DNA of 64,000 bases from an uncultured Flavobacteriales bacterium (GCA_905612305.1 CAJQRK010000019.1:25811-89810), one strand, 5' to 3'; positions 1 to 10,339 are shown, numbered from the stretch's first letter. The notes: generated by a model from the letters alone, not told the origin. Made by a program: numbers and translations.

Positions 1-1
1 T

Positions 2-97
2 GTAGATGGCATAGTAGATGCAGTGCTTGAAGATATTGACATGGAAGGAAGCATTGATACCGTAAAAATTGACTTAGCAGAAGAAACTGCAGAGTAG
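2..97 (+). CDS. 3' end of an unidentified CDS entering from the left edge (ends ...VKIDLAEETAE*)
   Basis: The frame is open from the window edge to TAG at 95-97 and is followed by a terminator hairpin. It is too short to assign. Confidence 0.3.
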   Translation, partial: VDGIVDAVLEDIDMEGSIDTVKIDLAEETAE

Positions 98-123
98 TAA
101 AACTTCTATTTATAAAAACAAAC

Positions 124-152
124 AAAAACCCATTAGTTTATAGTGGGTTTTT
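124..152. terminator. Bidirectional intrinsic terminator hairpin
   Basis: AAAAACCCA (124-132) pairs perfectly with TGGGTTTTT (144-152) around an 11-nt loop. It lies between convergent genes and has an A-run and a T-run as arms. Confidence 0.5.
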
Positions 153-1729
153 TATTTCCTCAACCTCCCTTTCACAAAAGCAACTATAAGCAGCATAGAA
201 GCTACAAAAACAGAGAGCCTACCTATATAATCGCCAAAAACACTGTAAAAAGTAATTTCATTATTAAAGGGAACCTCAGTAGTAATACAAATAGCTTCAT
301 CCCAATTTGTGCTTTCTAACACCTCTCCTTTTGCATTAATCACGCCAGAAACACCAGTATTAGCTGAGCGAATAATAGTTTTTCTCTGCTCAACAGCTCT
401 TAGCCTAGCATACGAAAAATGCTGTTTGTAACCAACCGTATTTTTCCACCAACCATCATTGGTGATTATGGCAATCAGATTTGTTTTTCCTTTTTGCAAA
501 TCGCCATAAATACTTTCATAGCAAATCAAAGGAGTAATAATCTTATTATTCACCATAAATTGATGTACTGTATTCTCACTTCCCAGTGAGCCGCTAGTTC
601 CGCCCAAATCAACAGCTAATTTTGCCAAAGGATCAAAAATATATGGAAATGGCATTTTTTCAACCCCAGGAACTAATTTCGTTTTATGATAAACCTCAAC
701 CTTTCCGCTATCAGGAATGAAAATAGCGGAATTATAAGCATCATAAAAGATGTTCTCATTTCGTATTTGTCGAGCAGTAGTCGTTTTTTGATTTCCATGC
801 CCAAACATTTTATAAGTAGAGGATCCTACCAAAATATTAAGATTCGGAAAATATTTTTGCAATTCCCGAAACGCTCTAACACTATGAGTTGCCTCAATTT
901 TATTTTCCCAAACCCCTTCCAATAAAGCGGTTTCAGGACCCACTAAAAGCTGAGTTTCTTTTGTCAAGTGAGGTTTTGCTAAAGCAATAAAATTAGCCAA
1001 TTGCTGTTCATAGCCTACATTAAATTTATCTGTATAAGGGTCAACATTAGGCTGAACAATAAGCACTTTTAATTGTTTTTCCTTTTTTATATCAGGCATT
1101 AAATAATAAGAACTAGTAATAGCAATAAGCAGCACAAGTAAAGGGAGTGCGATTGCTTTCAAATTTTGTTGTTTCACTAATCTGAAAAGTAAAATATTCA
1201 TTAATAGCACCCAGAATGACCCTCCTAAAAAACCTGTAAATTCATACCATTGCACCACATTAGGAAAATTTGCAAAACCATTTCCTAATGTTAGCCATGG
1301 CCATGATAAACCCCAATTCAAATGTAAATATTCCATTGAAATCCAAAAAACAATAAAAGCTGAATAGCCCAATCTGCTTGTAGTTACTGATTTAATTTTA
1401 TGAAATAAATAAAAGGAGACGGCCATTAGTGTTGCATTCACCAAAAATGCAGCGATTGCACCAAATAATGTGGCATGATACACCCAATAAGTAGTGATTG
1501 CATTAAAAATAAAAAATGCTAAAAAAGAAAACCAAAACACTTTTCTTCCTTTTCTATTATCCTCAGATTGTTGCAAATTATCCTCCAACATCAAAAGAGG
1601 AACAAAAGCAAGAAATAAAATAGGAAAAACACCAATTTCTGGCCAAGAAAAAGCCAGCAATAAGCCACTCAATACTGATAAAAATAGTCCTTTCATAAGA
1701 GTTACAAATATTATCATATTTTTGCTCAT
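152..1729 (-). CDS. lnt: Apolipoprotein N-acyltransferase (multi-TM N-terminus plus CN-hydrolase domain)
   Basis: 525 aa with about 7-8 N-terminal TM helices and then a nitrilase-like domain (VQPNVDPY, PLICYES, NDGWW). The real start may be M12 (nt 1696), because the 1729 start abuts the pssA ATG. Confidence 0.9.
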   Translation of the reverse strand: MSKNMIIFVTLMKGLFLSVLSGLLLAFSWPEIGVFPILFLAFVPLLMLEDNLQQSEDNRKGRKVFWFSFLAFFIFNAITTYWVYHATLFGAIAAFLVNATLMAVSFYLFHKIKSVTTSRLGYSAFIVFWISMEYLHLNWGLSWPWLTLGNGFANFPNVVQWYEFTGFLGGSFWVLLMNILLFRLVKQQNLKAIALPLLVLLIAITSSYYLMPDIKKEKQLKVLIVQPNVDPYTDKFNVGYEQQLANFIALAKPHLTKETQLLVGPETALLEGVWENKIEATHSVRAFRELQKYFPNLNILVGSSTYKMFGHGNQKTTTARQIRNENIFYDAYNSAIFIPDSGKVEVYHKTKLVPGVEKMPFPYIFDPLAKLAVDLGGTSGSLGSENTVHQFMVNNKIITPLICYESIYGDLQKGKTNLIAIITNDGWWKNTVGYKQHFSYARLRAVEQRKTIIRSANTGVSGVINAKGEVLESTNWDEAICITTEVPFNNEITFYSVFGDYIGRLSVFVASMLLIVAFVKGRLRK

Positions 1730-2452
1730 ATGAATGCAATCAAAAGAAATATCCCAAATATAATTACACTTACTAATCTTTTTTGCGGATTATGTGCTAT
1801 TATTTTTGCCTTTCAAGGTAACTTACCACTAGCTTCCTTTTGCATTTTTGCAGGTGCTTTTTTCGATTTTTTTGATGGACTAGCAGCCCGCTTATTAAAG
1901 GTAACTGGGAAACTAGGAAAGCAATTAGATTCCATGGCGGATATGGTTACTTTTGGAGTTGCTCCAGGATTTATCTTATTTCATATTATGCATGATTCTT
2001 TACAAGAAATAACATTTAGAGATGCTGCTGCTGAAGGATTCTTTTTCCCAGAGATATTAGCACTACTGATCCCAATATTTTCAGCTGTTCGTTTGGCTAA
2101 TTTTAATATTGACACAAGGCAAGTTACTTCATTTATTGGCCTACCTACACCAGTACCTGCTATTTTTGTAGCATCATTACCGCTAATTGATAAATATCAA
2201 GAACTCTCAATGCTTTCTGATTTTAGATTTTTAATTGCGATTTCGGTTATTCTTCCACTGCTTCTAGTGGCAAAAATGCCTTTCTTTTCATTGAAATTTA
2301 GCAAAGAGGGAAGTATGGCATCAATCTTAAATATTTTCAGAATTATACTAATTTTAGCGTCCGTGATATTATTATTCGTTTTTCAGTTTGCTGCTATTCC
2401 TTTTATTGTAATTTTATACCTGATTTTATCACTATTAAATAATATACTATAA
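1730..2452 (+). CDS. pssA: CDP-diacylglycerol--serine O-phosphatidyltransferase (CDP-alcohol phosphatidyltransferase family)
   Basis: Contains the signature DFFDGLAARLL...GKQLDSMADMVTFGVAP (DG(x)2AR...G(x)3D(x)3D) and is a multi-TM protein. Confidence 0.85.
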   Translation: MNAIKRNIPNIITLTNLFCGLCAIIFAFQGNLPLASFCIFAGAFFDFFDGLAARLLKVTGKLGKQLDSMADMVTFGVAPGFILFHIMHDSLQEITFRDAAAEGFFFPEILALLIPIFSAVRLANFNIDTRQVTSFIGLPTPVPAIFVASLPLIDKYQELSMLSDFRFLIAISVILPLLLVAKMPFFSLKFSKEGSMASILNIFRIILILASVILLFVFQFAAIPFIVILYLILSLLNNIL

Positions 2453-2454
2453 TT

Positions 2455-2706
2455 ATGAAGTTCAAAGCAGAAATAGACGTAATGCCACTTAAATCATTGT
2501 TAGACCCACAAGGTAAAGCCGTAAGTGCAAGTATGGGAAATGTTGGTCTATCAGAAATTGAAAATGTAAGAATTGGAAAACACATTACATTAGAAATTGA
2601 GGCTAACAATAAAGAAGTAGCATCATCAAGAGTAGAAAAAGCTTGTAAAAAAATGCTTTGTAATCAGATTATGGAATCGTTTGAATTTACCTTAGAGAAA
2701 ATATAA
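2455..2706 (+). CDS. purS: Phosphoribosylformylglycinamidine synthase subunit PurS
   Basis: 83 aa, with the typical PurS N-terminus (V.V.LK..LLDPQGKAV) and size. Confidence 0.85.
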   Translation: MKFKAEIDVMPLKSLLDPQGKAVSASMGNVGLSEIENVRIGKHITLEIEANNKEVASSRVEKACKKMLCNQIMESFEFTLEKI

Positions 2707-3432
2707 TTATCTCCTAAGCTCAAAGTTTTTACCTAAGTATACTTTTCTAACTTGTTCGTCAGCTGCTAATTCTTCAGCAGTACCTTGCTTTAGGATATTT
2801 CCTTCAAAAAGCAAATAAGCCCTATCCGTAATTTTCAAGGTTTCGTGTACATTATGGTCGGTAATTAATATTCCAATATTCTTATCTTTTAATGTAGCAA
2901 CTATCTGCTGAATATCCTCTACAGCAATAGGATCAACACCAGCAAAAGGCTCATCTAACAAAATAAATTTAGGATTAGTAGCTAGCGCTCTGGCAATTTC
3001 AGTTCTTCTTCTTTCACCACCTGAAAGTAGTCCCCCCATATTTTTACGCACAGGCTGCAATCCAAACTCGTCAAGCAAAGATTCACATTTTTCTTGTTGT
3101 TCTTTCTTGCTAAGTTTAGTCATTTCTAATACCGATAAAATATTATCTTCAACCGTCATTTTTCTAAAAACAGAAGCTTCTTGTGCCAAATAACCCAAGC
3201 CCAATTGTGCCCTTTTATAAATAGGTAATTTGGTGATGTTTAAATCATCCAAATACACAGCTCCTTCATTGGGTTTTACTAAGCCAACCATCATGTAAAA
3301 GCAAGTTGTTTTTCCTGCACCATTCGGCCCTAATAACCCAACAATCTCCCCTTGCCTTAGCTGAACAGAAACCCCTTTGACTACTGCTTTTTTGCCGTAA
3401 TACTTAATAATATTATTTGCTCTTAAAATCAT
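2707..3432 (-). CDS. lptB: LPS export ABC transporter ATP-binding protein LptB
   Basis: Walker [10 protein letters not shown], signature LSGGERRR, Walker B ILLDEP. Length of 241 aa and the KYYGKK context match LptB. Confidence 0.9.
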   Translation of the reverse strand: MILRANNIIKYYGKKAVVKGVSVQLRQGEIVGLLGPNGAGKTTCFYMMVGLVKPNEGAVYLDDLNITKLPIYKRAQLGLGYLAQEASVFRKMTVEDNILSVLEMTKLSKKEQQEKCESLLDEFGLQPVRKNMGGLLSGGERRRTEIARALATNPKFILLDEPFAGVDPIAVEDIQQIVATLKDKNIGILITDHNVHETLKITDRAYLLFEGNILKQGTAEELAADEQVRKVYLGKNFELRR

Positions 3433-4240
3433 ATTTTTTATTTTCTTGATTTTTAATTACTCTTGCTGATATCTTAATACTCAGCTCATACAATATCATA
3501 AGCGGAAAGGCAACCAAAATCTGTGAAGTAATATCAGGCGGTGTAATAATTGCGGACAAAATAAGAGTAACTACCATAGCATGCTTACGATACATACGCA
3601 TAAATTCAGGAGTAAGCAATCCTATTTTGGTTAAGAAATACACCAAAATTGGTAACTCAAAAATAACACCATTTGCCAAACTCACAGTAGTAACTGTCGA
3701 AATAAAAGAAGTCAAACTAATCTGATTCGCTACTGTGCTGCTTACCTGATAAGACCCTAAAAAATTAACTGATAGTGGTGCAATTACATAGTAGCCAAAC
3801 AATACGCCAAATAAAAATAAGACCGAACTAAAGAAAACTACCCCTCTTGCTATTTTAGTTTCAGCATCATAAAGTGCAGGACTAATAAAACGCCAAAATT
3901 CCCAAAACACATAAGGGAAGGCAACTACAAAGCCTGCAAAAACAGAAGTCATAATATGAGTAGAAAATTGCCCGCTCATACTAATGTTCTGCAAACTAAA
4001 AGGAGACACACTCATACAAAGCGCATCATCTAATCCTAAAAAACTAGAAATACTACACAAAACTTTATAGGTTGGAAAATCTGGTTTTTGAGGCCCTAAA
4101 AGAATAATATCAAACACAACTTCCTTAAAAATAAAAGCAATAATGGCAAAAAATAAAATTGCCAGAGCAGAGCGAATTAAATGCCACCTGAAGATTTCCA
4201 GATGATTAAGAAATGACATTTCTTCTTTTTGCGCTCCCAT
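3413..4240 (-). CDS. tatC: Twin-arginine translocase subunit TatC
   Basis: 275 aa with 6 TM helices. The N-terminus [17 protein letters not shown] matches the TatC HL.ELR.R pattern. Confidence 0.9.
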   Translation of the reverse strand: MGAQKEEMSFLNHLEIFRWHLIRSALAILFFAIIAFIFKEVVFDIILLGPQKPDFPTYKVLCSISSFLGLDDALCMSVSPFSLQNISMSGQFSTHIMTSVFAGFVVAFPYVFWEFWRFISPALYDAETKIARGVVFFSSVLFLFGVLFGYYVIAPLSVNFLGSYQVSSTVANQISLTSFISTVTTVSLANGVIFELPILVYFLTKIGLLTPEFMRMYRKHAMVVTLILSAIITPPDITSQILVAFPLMILYELSIKISARVIKNQENKKYDFKSK

Positions 4241-5205
4241 TAAACTACTCCTTCTTTAATTATTTCATGAATATGAATAATACCCCTGTATTGGTGTTCA
4301 TCCATAATGATTAACTGACTTATATTATGCCTTTCCATCATTTGCAAGGCATCATAAGCTAAGGCGTCTTTTTGCATTGTTTTCGGTTGTAAACACATAA
4401 TATCTTTTGCATGTAAATTCTCAAAGCTTATTTTTTTCTCTAACATTCTTCTTAAATCTCCATCCGTAATAACTCCTACTAATTTACCCTTATCAATTAT
4501 AGCTGTAGCGCCAAGTCTTTTTTTAGATATTTCAATTATCACTTCATTAATCGTAGCACCACTGACAACTTGAGGGCTACTATTTTCATGCAAAATATCA
4601 ATTAACTTTAAATACAAACGCTTACCTAAAGTTCCTCCTGGATGAAAACGAGCAAAATCTTTATCAGAAAAATTCTTGCATGCCAATAAAGTTACTGCCA
4701 AGACATCTCCCATCACTAATTGTGCAGTAGTGGAAGAAGTGGGTGCAAGGTTATTAGGACAAGCTTCTTTTTCAACACTAACATCCAATGTAAAATCAGC
4801 CTCCTTAGCCAAAAAAGAATCCATATTACCGGTAAGAGCTACGATCGTATTCCTCATATTTTGAATAAAGGGCAAAAGGGCTTTTATTTCAGGTGTATTC
4901 CCACTTTTTGAAATACAAATAACCACATCTTCTTTTTGAATATTTCCTAAATCCCCATGTATGGCATCAGCAGCATGCAAAAAAACAGCTGGCTGACCAG
5001 TTGAATTAAAGGTAGCCACTATCTTGTTTGCAATATTGGCGCTTTTACCAATTCCAGATACAATTAAGCGCCCTTTAGCGTTTAAAATCAAATCAATAAC
5101 TTTAACAAAATTGTCATTAATCGTACGCTCAAGCCTCTTGATTTCCTCTACTTCTAAGGCAATCGTTTCTTTTGCAATTTTTTTTATTTCAGTTGAAGAT
5201 TTCAT
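4240..5205 (-). CDS. kdsD: Arabinose-5-phosphate isomerase (KpsF/GutQ/KdsD type; SIS domain plus tandem CBS)
   Basis: SIS motif GIGKSANIANKI followed by two CBS repeats. The ORF track extends to 5325, but that extension is hydrophobic junk overlapping the recQ promoter and start, so I place the start at MKSSTEIKK (5205). Confidence 0.85.
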   Translation of the reverse strand: MKSSTEIKKIAKETIALEVEEIKRLERTINDNFVKVIDLILNAKGRLIVSGIGKSANIANKIVATFNSTGQPAVFLHAADAIHGDLGNIQKEDVVICISKSGNTPEIKALLPFIQNMRNTIVALTGNMDSFLAKEADFTLDVSVEKEACPNNLAPTSSTTAQLVMGDVLAVTLLACKNFSDKDFARFHPGGTLGKRLYLKLIDILHENSSPQVVSGATINEVIIEISKKRLGATAIIDKGKLVGVITDGDLRRMLEKKISFENLHAKDIMCLQPKTMQKDALAYDALQMMERHNISQLIIMDEHQYRGIIHIHEIIKEGVV

Positions 5206-5269
5206 AACAATAAAGTAGTATATTCGTGTTTTCAAAAACAAGAGCAAAAGTATTACTTTTAAATTAAGC

Positions 5270-7453
5270 ATGAGGATTTCCAAAGAAACACTAAACCAAA
5301 ACCTGAAAAGTATTTTCGGATTCAATAACTTTAGAGGCGATCAGGAAGAAATAATTCTGAATCTGCTAAAAGGAAATGATAGTATGGTGATAATGCCAAC
5401 AGGTGGAGGGAAGTCGATGTGTTTTCAGCTACCTGCCCTATTATTAGATGGATGTGCAATTGTGGTTTCACCACTTATTGCCCTGATGAAAAATCAAGTA
5501 GATGTATTAAGAGGTTACCACCAGAATGAAAACATAGCCCATGTACTTAATTCCTCTTTAACTAAAACCCAAACCAATCAAGTAAAAGAAGATATCACAT
5601 CCGGAAAAACAAAACTCCTATATGTGGCGCCAGAATCATTAGTCAAAGAGGAAAATATTGCATTTTTTAAAGCAGTTAAAGTGTCCTTTTACGCTATTGA
5701 TGAAGCTCATTGTATCTCAGAATGGGGGCATGATTTTAGGCCTGAGTATCGAAAACTAAAACAAATTATTGACAATATAGGAGCAGCACCTATTATTGCA
5801 CTCACAGCTACAGCCACCCCAAAAGTAAGGCAAGATATCATAAAAAACCTCAATATAAATGACGGAAAATTGTATCTTGATTCATTCAACAGAAGTAATC
5901 TTTTTTATGAAATATGTCCAAAAAATGATGTAGCAAAACAAATCATGCAATATCTAAGTACCCGTGAAGGAGAATCAGGAATAATATATTGCCTAAGCAG
6001 AAAGAAAGTAGAAGAAATAGCGGAAATTTTACAAATAAATGGCATTAAAGCTTTGCCCTACCATGCAGGATTAGATGCTAAAAAAAGAACTGAACATCAA
6101 GAAGCTTTTTTAATGGATGACTGTAATATAATGGTAGCTACAATTGCCTTTGGGATGGGAATTGACAAACCAGATATTCGTTATGTTATACATCATGATA
6201 TTCCTAAAAGTCTTGAGGGATATTACCAAGAAACAGGAAGGGCTGGAAGAGATGGAGGAAAAGGAGATTTAATTACCTTTTATGACTATAAAGACATTGA
6301 AAAACTAGAAAAATTCTTACAAGGAAAACCTATTTCTGAACAAGAAGTAGGGCGTTTACTAATCATGGAAACCATTGCTTTTTCGGAAACCTCAATGTGC
6401 AGAAGAAAATATTTACTTCATTATTTTGGAGAGGAGTTTGATGCAGATAAGTGTGACGAAATGTGCGACAACTGCAAGAACCCTAAAGATAAAACAGAAG
6501 GAATGAACTATGTTAAACTACTGCTTGAAGGCGTGTTAACTTGTCGTGAACGATTCAAACCAAAAGAAATGGCGAAAATTATGGTAGGTGATAGCAATTC
6601 ACTTATCAATCAACATATGTCACAAATTGAAGATACGTTTGGTTCAGGAAAAGCGAAATCAATAGGGTTCTGGCATTCTATCATCCGGCAAGTATATGTA
6701 AAACAATTGCTTACTAAGGAAATAGAAAGTTATGGTGTACTGAAAATTACAGAGGCAGGAAAAGAATACCTAAAGAAACCTTATTCTTTTGAAATCACTG
6801 AAGATCATGACTATGACAGATTGAACACAAATAGTGGTGGTGAGCAAAAAGGAGAGGCAATGGATAAAGTCTTATTCAACATCCTTAAAGATTTAAGAAA
6901 GAAACTAGCTAAAGAAATTGGGTTACCTCCTGCAATATTATTTATGGAACCCTCCTTGATTGATATGGCAAATCAATATCCTATAACAATAGAAGAAATG
7001 GCGCAAGTACAAGGAGTGGGAGAGGGAAAGGCTAAAAAATACGGACAGGAATTTATTACTACGATTAAAAAATATGTTGAAGAACATGACATTGAACGCC
7101 TGCAAGATATTGTAGTTAGAACAGTAGCCAGTAAAACTTCCAACAAAATATACATAATACAATCCTTAGACAAGAAATTATGGATTGATGATATTGCAAA
7201 AGGGAAAGGACTGAGCCGTGAAGATCTACTTACTGAAATGGAAGAAATTGTAGAAAAAGGAACTCGCCTGAATTTAGAACATATTATAACAGATATGATG
7301 GATCAAGGTGAAAGAGAAGATGTACACGAATTCTTTAAGGAAACTGATGAATTTTCTTTTGATGAAGCAAGGATAGAATTTGAAGAGGAGGAATTTTCTG
7401 ATGATGAAATCAGATTATTACGCATTGACTTTATATCGAAAGTAGCGAACTAA
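5270..7453 (+). CDS. recQ: ATP-dependent DNA helicase RecQ
   Basis: Motifs MPTGGGKS, DEAHCISEWGHDFRPEY and TIAFGMGIDKPDIRYVIH, a Zn-binding CRR...C..CDNC, and HRDC-like C-terminal region(s). 727 aa. Confidence 0.95.
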   Translation: MRISKETLNQNLKSIFGFNNFRGDQEEIILNLLKGNDSMVIMPTGGGKSMCFQLPALLLDGCAIVVSPLIALMKNQVDVLRGYHQNENIAHVLNSSLTKTQTNQVKEDITSGKTKLLYVAPESLVKEENIAFFKAVKVSFYAIDEAHCISEWGHDFRPEYRKLKQIIDNIGAAPIIALTATATPKVRQDIIKNLNINDGKLYLDSFNRSNLFYEICPKNDVAKQIMQYLSTREGESGIIYCLSRKKVEEIAEILQINGIKALPYHAGLDAKKRTEHQEAFLMDDCNIMVATIAFGMGIDKPDIRYVIHHDIPKSLEGYYQETGRAGRDGGKGDLITFYDYKDIEKLEKFLQGKPISEQEVGRLLIMETIAFSETSMCRRKYLLHYFGEEFDADKCDEMCDNCKNPKDKTEGMNYVKLLLEGVLTCRERFKPKEMAKIMVGDSNSLINQHMSQIEDTFGSGKAKSIGFWHSIIRQVYVKQLLTKEIESYGVLKITEAGKEYLKKPYSFEITEDHDYDRLNTNSGGEQKGEAMDKVLFNILKDLRKKLAKEIGLPPAILFMEPSLIDMANQYPITIEEMAQVQGVGEGKAKKYGQEFITTIKKYVEEHDIERLQDIVVRTVASKTSNKIYIIQSLDKKLWIDDIAKGKGLSREDLLTEMEEIVEKGTRLNLEHIITDMMDQGEREDVHEFFKETDEFSFDEARIEFEEEEFSDDEIRLLRIDFISKVAN

Positions 7454-7490
7454 AACTAGAGATCACATCAAAAACTAAACAGCTAACAAC

Positions 7491-8006
7491 TTGAACACTT
7501 TAATATTATCAGGGTCAGTATCGGAAACCTCACGTTCCTTCTTACTATGCAAGGCAGTAGAAAAACAACTCATTGCAAAAGGAGAAGCTATCACCTTTAT
7601 AGATGCTAGAGAGATTCCCATGCACACTGAACACAGGCACAGAACAGATGAAATGAAACGGTTAGCAGAACAGGTAAAACAAGCGGATAATATTATTATC
7701 GGTATGGGCGTACATTGTTATAGTGTAAATGATGCATTGAAAATATTATTAGATACTTGTTTCACAGGTGCAATCGGAAAATTCTTTGGAATATTGTGTG
7801 CTGCAGGAGGAGAGAGAAGTTATTTATCCACTATGCACCTAACGCAAATCTGTATGAATGAATGGCGTATGATACAAATGCCTAGAATAGTTTTCGCAAC
7901 AGAAAAAGATTTTAAAGAGAATATAATTACTTCAACTGAAGTACTGGAAAGAATAGAGCTTTTCTCAGAAGAGTTTCATGCTATTGGACGTAAATTATTA
8001 GCTTAA
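7491..8006 (+). CDS. NAD(P)H-dependent FMN reductase-like flavoprotein (flavodoxin fold)
   Basis: 171 aa. The N-terminus LILSGSVSETSRS resembles the ILxISGSxRxxS pattern of the FMN_red family. The start codon is TTG. Confidence 0.55.
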   Translation: MNTLILSGSVSETSRSFLLCKAVEKQLIAKGEAITFIDAREIPMHTEHRHRTDEMKRLAEQVKQADNIIIGMGVHCYSVNDALKILLDTCFTGAIGKFFGILCAAGGERSYLSTMHLTQICMNEWRMIQMPRIVFATEKDFKENIITSTEVLERIELFSEEFHAIGRKLLA

Positions 8007-9172
8007 TTTCTTATTGCTAAATAAGCCATAAGCCCCATACCTACTTTTAAAGCATCTTCATCAATATTGAAATGAGAAGTATGCAGGCCATGCGTAATTC
8101 CTTTACTTGTATTGGCCGTTCCTAGTCGGTAAAAACAGGAAGGAACTTCATGTGAATAGTAGGAGAAATCTTCTGCAGTCATCCTCATATCTAAAGTAAT
8201 TACATTTTCTTCTCCCATATATTGATTAGCAAAACCAATCGAATCTTTTGTTAAAGGCTCATTATTATACAATGAAGGATATCCTTTAATGATAGAAAAA
8301 TTAACATCAATACTATATCCCTTAGCTATTGCTGATGCAATTTCCTGCATTTTTTTATGGGATAAATCTCTAAATTCCTCATTCATAGTACGAAAAGTAC
8401 CTTTGAGCTCAATGCTTTCAGGAATAACATTAGTATGGCCGTTTGCTTGCACAAAACCAATAGCAAACACAGAAGGCATTACTTGATATTGCAAAAAATG
8501 TTCTTCTAGATTTATAATTAATTTTGCAGCTGCAACTATAGGGTTGTTGTATTTATGCGGTAAAGCAGCATGCCCGCCTTTACCTTTTATTGTAATGTAA
8601 ATCTCATCAGCAGAAGCCATGTATTGTCCTAGCCGAAAACCTACTTTTCCTACTTCCAGTTCAGGAAAGACATGTTGAGCAAACATTTTTTCTACTTTAG
8701 GATTTTCCAGCACACCTTCTTTAATCATTTGCTGAGCACCGCCTGGAAATTGTTCTTCAGCAGGCTGAAAGACAAACTTAACACTACCCTCCCATTCACT
8801 TTTCAAACTATTCAATATTTTAACCACCCCTAGTAATGATGCGGTATGTGCATCATGCCCGCAAGCATGCATTACACCTTTATTAGTCGAACAATAGTCC
8901 ACCTCATTTTTTTCAATTATTGGCAAAGCATCAAAGTCGGCACGCAAGGCAATAGTTTTTAATTCAGGATTATTCCCTTGCAGCAACACTACAATTCCTG
9001 TATCAGCAATATTCTCAGTGAAAAGAATGTCCCAAGTTGTAAGTATTGATTTTATATAAGCTGACGTTTTATATTCATGAAAAGAAAGTTCAGGATGTTG
9101 ATGAAGGTGTCTTCTTATTTCAACTATTTCGTTAAAAGCAGCATTTGCCATTTCTTTTATTTGTTCTATCAT
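8003..9172 (-). CDS. M20 family amidohydrolase (N-acyl-amino acid amidohydrolase / hippuricase type)
   Basis: 389 aa with IRRHLHQHPELSFHEYKT, MHACGHDAH and FQPAEE metal-ligand motifs. Confidence 0.85.
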   Translation of the reverse strand: MIEQIKEMANAAFNEIVEIRRHLHQHPELSFHEYKTSAYIKSILTTWDILFTENIADTGIVVLLQGNNPELKTIALRADFDALPIIEKNEVDYCSTNKGVMHACGHDAHTASLLGVVKILNSLKSEWEGSVKFVFQPAEEQFPGGAQQMIKEGVLENPKVEKMFAQHVFPELEVGKVGFRLGQYMASADEIYITIKGKGGHAALPHKYNNPIVAAAKLIINLEEHFLQYQVMPSVFAIGFVQANGHTNVIPESIELKGTFRTMNEEFRDLSHKKMQEIASAIAKGYSIDVNFSIIKGYPSLYNNEPLTKDSIGFANQYMGEENVITLDMRMTAEDFSYYSHEVPSCFYRLGTANTSKGITHGLHTSHFNIDEDALKVGMGLMAYLAIRN

Positions 9173-9537
9173 TTTGAAAAAATAAGTTTTATAGCACCTA
9201 TCAACATTATTACACCAAACACCTTTCTGACCGTTTGAGCAGGTAAACTAATGGCTAGTTTAGACCCAAAATATCCGCCTACCACAAAAGCAAGTGCTAT
9301 TACGGCTGCATATTCCCATTTCACAAAACCTTGCTTATAATAGTTCATTGCAGCCAAAATACCAATAGGAGGTAACATAGCAAAAAGAGCAGTGCCTTGC
9401 GCCTGATGTTGAGTTAAACCCAAAAACATAATCAGCAAGGGTATCATTAAAATACCACCACCTACCCCAACTAAGCCACTTAAGATTCCGGCAAGCAAAC
9501 CAATAACTATTAGTATAATACAAGTTGTAATATCCAT
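9169..9537 (-). CDS. Half-size TSUP (TauE/SafE) family membrane protein
   Basis: 122 aa with 4 TM helices and the motif GLLAGILSGLVGVGGGILMIPLL. Confidence 0.75.
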   Translation of the reverse strand: MDITTCIILIVIGLLAGILSGLVGVGGGILMIPLLIMFLGLTQHQAQGTALFAMLPPIGILAAMNYYKQGFVKWEYAAVIALAFVVGGYFGSKLAISLPAQTVRKVFGVIMLIGAIKLIFSK

Positions 9538-9664
9538 AATACAAAGGTAAAAAGAAAAGGGAGGGCAGAGGGATGAGAACAGATATTTTCAACTAATTAA
9601 TTAACATATATTTGCCAAGTTAAGCGGTAAACAGAATGCAAAAATTAGAAAAAACCAATAAGTC

Positions 9665-10303
9665 ATGAATATCAAATCTTTTACTTTCAATCCTTTTCAG
9701 GAAAACACTTATATTGTATATGATGAAACCAAGGAGTGCTTAATAATTGATCCAGGTTTCTATACGGATGCTGAGCGGAAAGAATTAAAAGATTTTATTG
9801 AAGAAAAAGAACTAACACCTGTAAAGCTAATCAATACACATTGCCATATTGACCATGTGCTAGGAAATAAATTCGCAAGTGAGCAGTGGGATTTAGAATT
9901 ATATATGCACAAAGAAGATTTGCCAGTGCTTGAAAAAACAGGAGAGGTTAGCAAAATGTATGAATTGGAGGGATATGAAGGCTCACCCTACCCTAAGCAC
10001 TTTTTGGCTCAAGGCGATAAGCTTACTTTTGGGGAAAGTAGTTTTAAAATCCTGTTTACTCCAGGACATGCACCTGGACATATTTGCTTATACAGTAAAG
10101 AAAATAATTTACTTATTGCTGGTGATGTTATTTTCCAAGGAAGTATAGGGCGCACTGATTTGCCATGGGGAGATCATAGCACACTTATTAATAGTATCAT
10201 TACACAGCTTTTCACTTTACCGAATGAAACACACGTGTTTTGCGGACATGGCCCCTCTACCAATTTAGGATATGAGAAGGAACATAACCCCTTCCTACAA
10301 TAA
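9665..10303 (+). CDS. MBL-fold metallo-hydrolase (glyoxalase II-like)
   Basis: Contains THCHIDH (HxHxDH), a TPGHAPGH motif and GDVIF..S.GRTD. 212 aa. Confidence 0.85.
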   Translation: MNIKSFTFNPFQENTYIVYDETKECLIIDPGFYTDAERKELKDFIEEKELTPVKLINTHCHIDHVLGNKFASEQWDLELYMHKEDLPVLEKTGEVSKMYELEGYEGSPYPKHFLAQGDKLTFGESSFKILFTPGHAPGHICLYSKENNLLIAGDVIFQGSIGRTDLPWGDHSTLINSIITQLFTLPNETHVFCGHGPSTNLGYEKEHNPFLQ

Positions 10304-10328
10304 TAGGCGCGTATGTGAAAAGGTATTA

Positions 10329-10339
10329 GGTTCGAATCC
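10329..10339 (+). other. Orphan canonical tRNA T-arm 11-mer GGTTCGAATCC (tRNA 3'-fragment-like)
   Basis: The exact T-loop consensus sits 26 nt after the MBL stop codon. I could fold only a 4-bp T-stem (tagg/ccta) and found no complementary 5' acceptor or D arm upstream. Confidence 0.35.

Noticed and set aside
686-1733. Short ORFs antisense to or overlapping larger genes. Examples are 686-925 and 1494-1733, and similar cases elsewhere at 2403-2609, 4676-5218, 5707-5889, 6938-7173, 8289-8486, 9335-9592, 9760-10148, 10817-11165, 16621-16896, 17567-17993, 26239-26547, 27097-27366, 32650-33222, 38122-39114, 40043-41154, 50309-51184 and 61854-62184.
   Set aside because: Each lies inside a longer ORF with clear family motifs on the other strand or frame. 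Their compositions are typical of AT-rich antisense frames (I/L/F/S/K-rich), and none has recognisable motifs.
5206-5325. A 40-codon N-terminal extension of the kdsD-like ORF.
   Set aside because: The extension is hydrophobic nonsense, overlaps the divergent recQ start (5270), and precedes a good ATG (MKSSTEIKK) from which the SIS domain begins at the normal distance.
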